This document shows positions 60,703 through 64,000 of a stretch of 64,000 nt of DNA, one piece after another. Source of the stretch: Thermoanaerobaculia bacterium (GTDB lineage Bacteria; Acidobacteriota; Thermoanaerobaculia; UBA5066); NCBI GenBank assembly GCA_963719225.1, contig CAVRAY010000001.1:128001-192000 (forward strand), read 5' to 3'. The notes under the pieces were generated by a model, which saw only the letters and a list, made by a program, of their open reading frames with translations, did no database searches and was not told where the DNA came from. Position numbers and translations under genes: made by a program. Numbering within the stretch: the first letter of the stretch is position 1; each line of letters starts with the position of its first letter.

Positions 60703-61845
60703 ATGAGCAGTCGTAAGCGCAGCCTTCTGGCAGCGGCTTGTCTCGCGTCGGCTCTGCCGTGCATGTCGGCGAAGAACGAACGCATTGTTGCCATTGCCAG
60801 GGGGAATGGCGTGACGGCCCTCCTGTGGACGCAACTGCCGATGAAGGTCGTGCCCGCGGCGGGTGATAAGACACTCGCGATGTCGATACAGGACATCAGG
60901 TTCGAGCGGTCACTGAATGCGTCCACCGCCCTCGCCCTTGCTATTGCGTACCCGGAGGGCATTTCCCCGGGAAGGGGCATTCTCGGGCCGTCGGACATCG
61001 GCAAAGCCGTGGACGTCATCGCTGCGGGCGCGCTGTCGCAGGTGGTGTCAACGCCTTGGCTCGTGACGATGCGTCTGAAGGTTTCAATCGCGGACTCCCA
61101 CGTGAGCTTCGCGGTTCACAACGGGGAGATCGCGAAGAAAGTCAGGGAAGGTACGGGCCCAGCGGATGCATGGCTGGGCGTCATCGCGGCATCTTCCTAT
61201 GAACTGGGACGCGTGGAGCTCGGGGCGTTGAAAATAAAGGTCTCCGAAAACGTGCAGATTCCGTTGAACCTGCGTCTGGCGTTCGGAGGTGATGGAATCG
61301 CTCTGTCCGGAGCCGTGGCGCCGGAAGTTCCGACGGCCGCGAGCCCGCCCGTCACAAAGGATGGAACGAGCGCGCGCATCGCAGTGACTTTGGATCTGCT
61401 CAATCGGATCAGCCGAGACAAGTACCAGGCGGATGCGATTGACCTCGAAGCCGGAAGTACGAAGGCCCGGTTGAACCAGTTTGTGTTTGCGCGTGCCGAG
61501 GATGGTCTGTCCGTCTCGAGTCGGGTCGCGGGCGCAGCCGCGGGTTGTGAGGTGCGGGTGCGTACCGTGTGGCGCGGCGCTGATTTGAAGCTGTCTCACG
61601 TGCTACTCGAGGACACGCAACCGGCGAAGTCGGGCGAGTGTTCCGCGGAGCGCAACAAGTGGGGTCTGGTCGCGTCGGCGATGGAAAGCGTCTATCGAAA
61701 TTCGCCTTTGCGGCCGACGGGATTGAAGGTCGTGAGCACCAGCATCAAGGGCCGTCCCGTGAAGTTCATCGTCGAGGTGAAAGAGACCTCGTTGAAAGGT
61801 TCCGAAATCGTGTTCGTCGGGGATGTATGGCTTAGTCCAGGATGA
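60703..61845 (+). CDS. Hypothetical exported protein with atypical codon usage
   Basis: GGAGGAG RBS; signal-like N-terminus; stop overlaps the next start. Confidence 0.6.
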   Translation: MSSRKRSLLAAACLASALPCMSAKNERIVAIARGNGVTALLWTQLPMKVVPAAGDKTLAMSIQDIRFERSLNASTALALAIAYPEGISPGRGILGPSDIGKAVDVIAAGALSQVVSTPWLVTMRLKVSIADSHVSFAVHNGEIAKKVREGTGPADAWLGVIAASSYELGRVELGALKIKVSENVQIPLNLRLAFGGDGIALSGAVAPEVPTAASPPVTKDGTSARIAVTLDLLNRISRDKYQADAIDLEAGSTKARLNQFVFARAEDGLSVSSRVAGAAAGCEVRVRTVWRGADLKLSHVLLEDTQPAKSGECSAERNKWGLVASAMESVYRNSPLRPTGLKVVSTSIKGRPVKFIVEVKETSLKGSEIVFVGDVWLSPG

Positions 61846-62501
61846 GTGTAGGATTTCGAGCTGACCGCGAATCCGTTCTCCTCCATTCGAGGAAGATGTG
61901 GGAGGCCGGGCTCGTCGTCGCCTCGGCGGGCAACGTCAGCGCGCGCGTCGCCGGCCACGACGCCATCGCGATCACGCCGACGTGCATCTCCTACGATGTC
62001 ATGACCGCGGAACAGATCGTCGTCGTCAGCCTCGACTCGGGTCTTCCGATCGAATCGAACTTCCGGCCGTCCGGGGAGCTCCCGACGCACCTCGCCGTCT
62101 ATCGCCGTCGTCCGGACGTCGGCGCGGTCGTGCACACGCACGCGCCTTATGTCTCCACATTGTCGGTTCTCCGCAAACCCCTCCCGCCGATCATCGACGA
62201 GATGATCGTCTACTTCGGAGGGACGATCGAAGTCGCCGACTATGCCTTTACGGGTACCGAGGACCTGGGGGCCAACGTGGTCGACGCGCTCGGGGACCGA
62301 GCCGGAGTGCTGCTCTCGAATCACGGCAACTTGTGCGTGGGACGCGACCTGGCCGAGGCGCTCCATGTCGCGCTGACGATGGAATCCACGGCCCGCGTCT
62401 ACGTCGAATCCCTGCGGACGGGCGCCCCCGTCGTTCTCCCCGAAGAAGCGCTGAGGGCGGGACGGGCGATCTACGAGAGGCTGCGAAGGCGTGAGCAATA
62501 G
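61842..62501 (+). CDS. Class II aldolase/adducin family protein (FucA-like)
   Basis: GNVSAR; PSGE...H; VVHTH; LLSNHG. Confidence 0.9.
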   Translation: MSVGFRADRESVLLHSRKMWEAGLVVASAGNVSARVAGHDAIAITPTCISYDVMTAEQIVVVSLDSGLPIESNFRPSGELPTHLAVYRRRPDVGAVVHTHAPYVSTLSVLRKPLPPIIDEMIVYFGGTIEVADYAFTGTEDLGANVVDALGDRAGVLLSNHGNLCVGRDLAEALHVALTMESTARVYVESLRTGAPVVLPEEALRAGRAIYERLRRREQ

Positions 62502-62540
62502 CCGACGGTCCGGGGGCGGCTTGATAAGATTTGCCGTTCC

Positions 62541-63164
62541 ATGAGCGAAAAGAAGAACTGGGGCTCAACCGTACTCGGGTGGTTTGTCGTGAAAGAGGAC
62601 GGAGCGCCGGAGGGCGCGCCCCTTCCCGACGATGCCCCGCCGCAGGCGGCTCCCGAGCCACCGGCCTTCGTGAAGGAGCCTCCCGCCGCGCCGGGCGGGC
62701 AGGTGGACTTCCCGAAAGTCTACGAGGCCGCGGGCCTGGACGCCGAGGAGCAGGGCCGGGTGGCGAAGGCGGCCGAGCTCCTGGCGGCGCTGCCGGCCGG
62801 AACCGAGCCGGCGATCAAGAAGCAGATCGTCGAGGCTTCGCTGAAAGCGTTCGGAGTGCCGATCGAGAAGATCATCGAGGGCGCCGTGCAGGAGATCCAG
62901 GCCCTCGAGGCCTACATCCGCGCCGGCTCTCTCGACACGCAGAACGTGCACGAGGAGTCCGAGAAACGCATCCGGCAGTTCGAAGGCGAGATCGCGCGCA
63001 TCAAATCGGTCATGGAGAGCCGCACCCAGGAGCAGCTCGCCGTGGCCGCGGCGTGCAACGAGAGGAAGCTCGGGATCCAGAAGGTCCTCGAGTTCTTCGG
63101 GCAGGAAACGGTCGCGCGCGTCGTCCGTGACTCGCCGAAGCTCGTCGAGCCACAGGGTCAGTGA
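62541..63164 (+). CDS. Helical hypothetical protein, first gene of a PspA-containing operon
   Basis: Typical codon usage; coiled-coil C-terminus; directly precedes the PspA-like gene. Confidence 0.75.
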   Translation: MSEKKNWGSTVLGWFVVKEDGAPEGAPLPDDAPPQAAPEPPAFVKEPPAAPGGQVDFPKVYEAAGLDAEEQGRVAKAAELLAALPAGTEPAIKKQIVEASLKAFGVPIEKIIEGAVQEIQALEAYIRAGSLDTQNVHEESEKRIRQFEGEIARIKSVMESRTQEQLAVAAACNERKLGIQKVLEFFGQETVARVVRDSPKLVEPQGQ

Positions 63165-63180
63165 AAGGAAAGGACATCAC

Positions 63181-63894
63181 ATGGCGGGAATCGGTTTGTT
63201 CCAGCGTCTCGGCAATCTCTGGCGGGGCTTCCTGTCGATCTGGATCTCGAACGTCGAGAAGGAGCACCCCGAGATCGCGTACGAGAACGCGATCAACTCG
63301 ATGGTGGAGAAGTATGCGAAGCTCAAATCGGCCACGGCGGCGATCATCCGGCGCCGCGAGGACATCGACGAGCGGCTGAAGAAGGTCACGAAGGAGCTCG
63401 CGCAGACGGAGCTCGAGCTGAACGCCGCCGTCGAGACGAACCAGGACGACCTCGCCGTCGTCCTCATCCAGAGGAAGAACTCCCTCACGGCGGACGCGAC
63501 CGAGCTGACGGGCGACCTCGGGACGGCGAGCAAGGACGCCGAGGCGGCCAAGCAGTCTCTCCTCAACGTGCAAGGGGAGATCCGAAAGCTCAAGGCCGAG
63601 CGCGACGTCATGCTCGCGAGGATGCAGTCGGCCCAGGCGCGCCTGAGGATCCAGGAGCAGCTCGACGGCCTTTCGGTGGACGCCGACGTCAAGGCGCTCG
63701 ACAACGTGCGCGAGCACATCAAGAACACCATCGCCGAGGCGAACCTCGGACAGGAGCTCGCGGGGAGCTCGCTCGACGCGCGCCTTGCGGCCCTGAAGAC
63801 GCAGGCGGGTGACGTGCAGGCGCGGCAGCAGCTCGCCGAGCTGAAGGCCAAGAAGGCCGCCCAGCAGGCCGCCCAGCCCCAGAAAACGATGTAA
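63181..63894 (+). CDS. PspA/IM30 family protein
   Basis: Amphipathic GLFQRL N-terminus; EKEHPE; long coiled coil; QLAELKA end. Confidence 0.88.
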   Translation: MAGIGLFQRLGNLWRGFLSIWISNVEKEHPEIAYENAINSMVEKYAKLKSATAAIIRRREDIDERLKKVTKELAQTELELNAAVETNQDDLAVVLIQRKNSLTADATELTGDLGTASKDAEAAKQSLLNVQGEIRKLKAERDVMLARMQSAQARLRIQEQLDGLSVDADVKALDNVREHIKNTIAEANLGQELAGSSLDARLAALKTQAGDVQARQQLAELKAKKAAQQAAQPQKTM

Positions 63895-63906
63895 GGAAAG
63901 GTCCTC

Positions 63907-64000
63907 ATGAAGCTCACACCGTTCGCGAAGTTCTTCATCACCGTCGTCATTCTCGGCGTCATCGGATACGCCCTCTGGCACTACAAGAGTCTGGACATCC
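63907..64000 (+). CDS. 5' end of a membrane-anchored protein (truncated by the window)
   Basis: [27 protein letters not shown] after an AGGA RBS. Confidence 0.65.
   Translation, partial: MKLTPFAKFFITVVILGVIGYALWHYKSLDI

Noticed and set aside
35091-61845. Complete prophage or ICE at tRNA-Asn
   Set aside because: No integrase, transposase, phage or conjugation gene was recognised, and no distal att site was found by eye beyond 43888.

Overview
This is a high-GC (visibly about 70%) bacterial window. Its gene style, including many '[14 protein letters not shown]' Ser/Thr kinases, suggests Acidobacteriota, possibly Thermoanaerobaculia; that assignment is inference only. Positions 1-35 kb are mostly core genes: eno, ftsB, a phosphohexomutase, a long ThyX, a cysteine desulfurase, udk, tyrS, tyrA and gluQ. 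They also include a frameshift-riddled gamma-glutamylation-type amine catabolism cluster and a PIN toxin-antitoxin pair. After tRNA-Asn(GTT) at 35016-35090 an accessory region begins, with no integrase visible. Its most striking structure is three tandem minus-strand kinase units. Each has the same ~100-bp non-coding element upstream and the tRNA 3' end, or a copy of it, plus a hairpin downstream; two of the three kinases are broken by deletions. Between kinases 2 and 3 sits a two-gene cargo bracketed by perfect 14-bp inverted repeats: a 7-repeat lectin-like propeller fused to an SGNH hydrolase, and a DUF4185-like protein carrying CxxC..C..H repeats. Other oddities are scrambled antisense tRNA fragments behind the tRNA, a clustered AT-rich palindrome (TTCTWAGAA) embedded in tyrS and gluQ, and an L,D-transpeptidase-M23 fusion. 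All calls come from reading the sequence by eye; no database searches were run.
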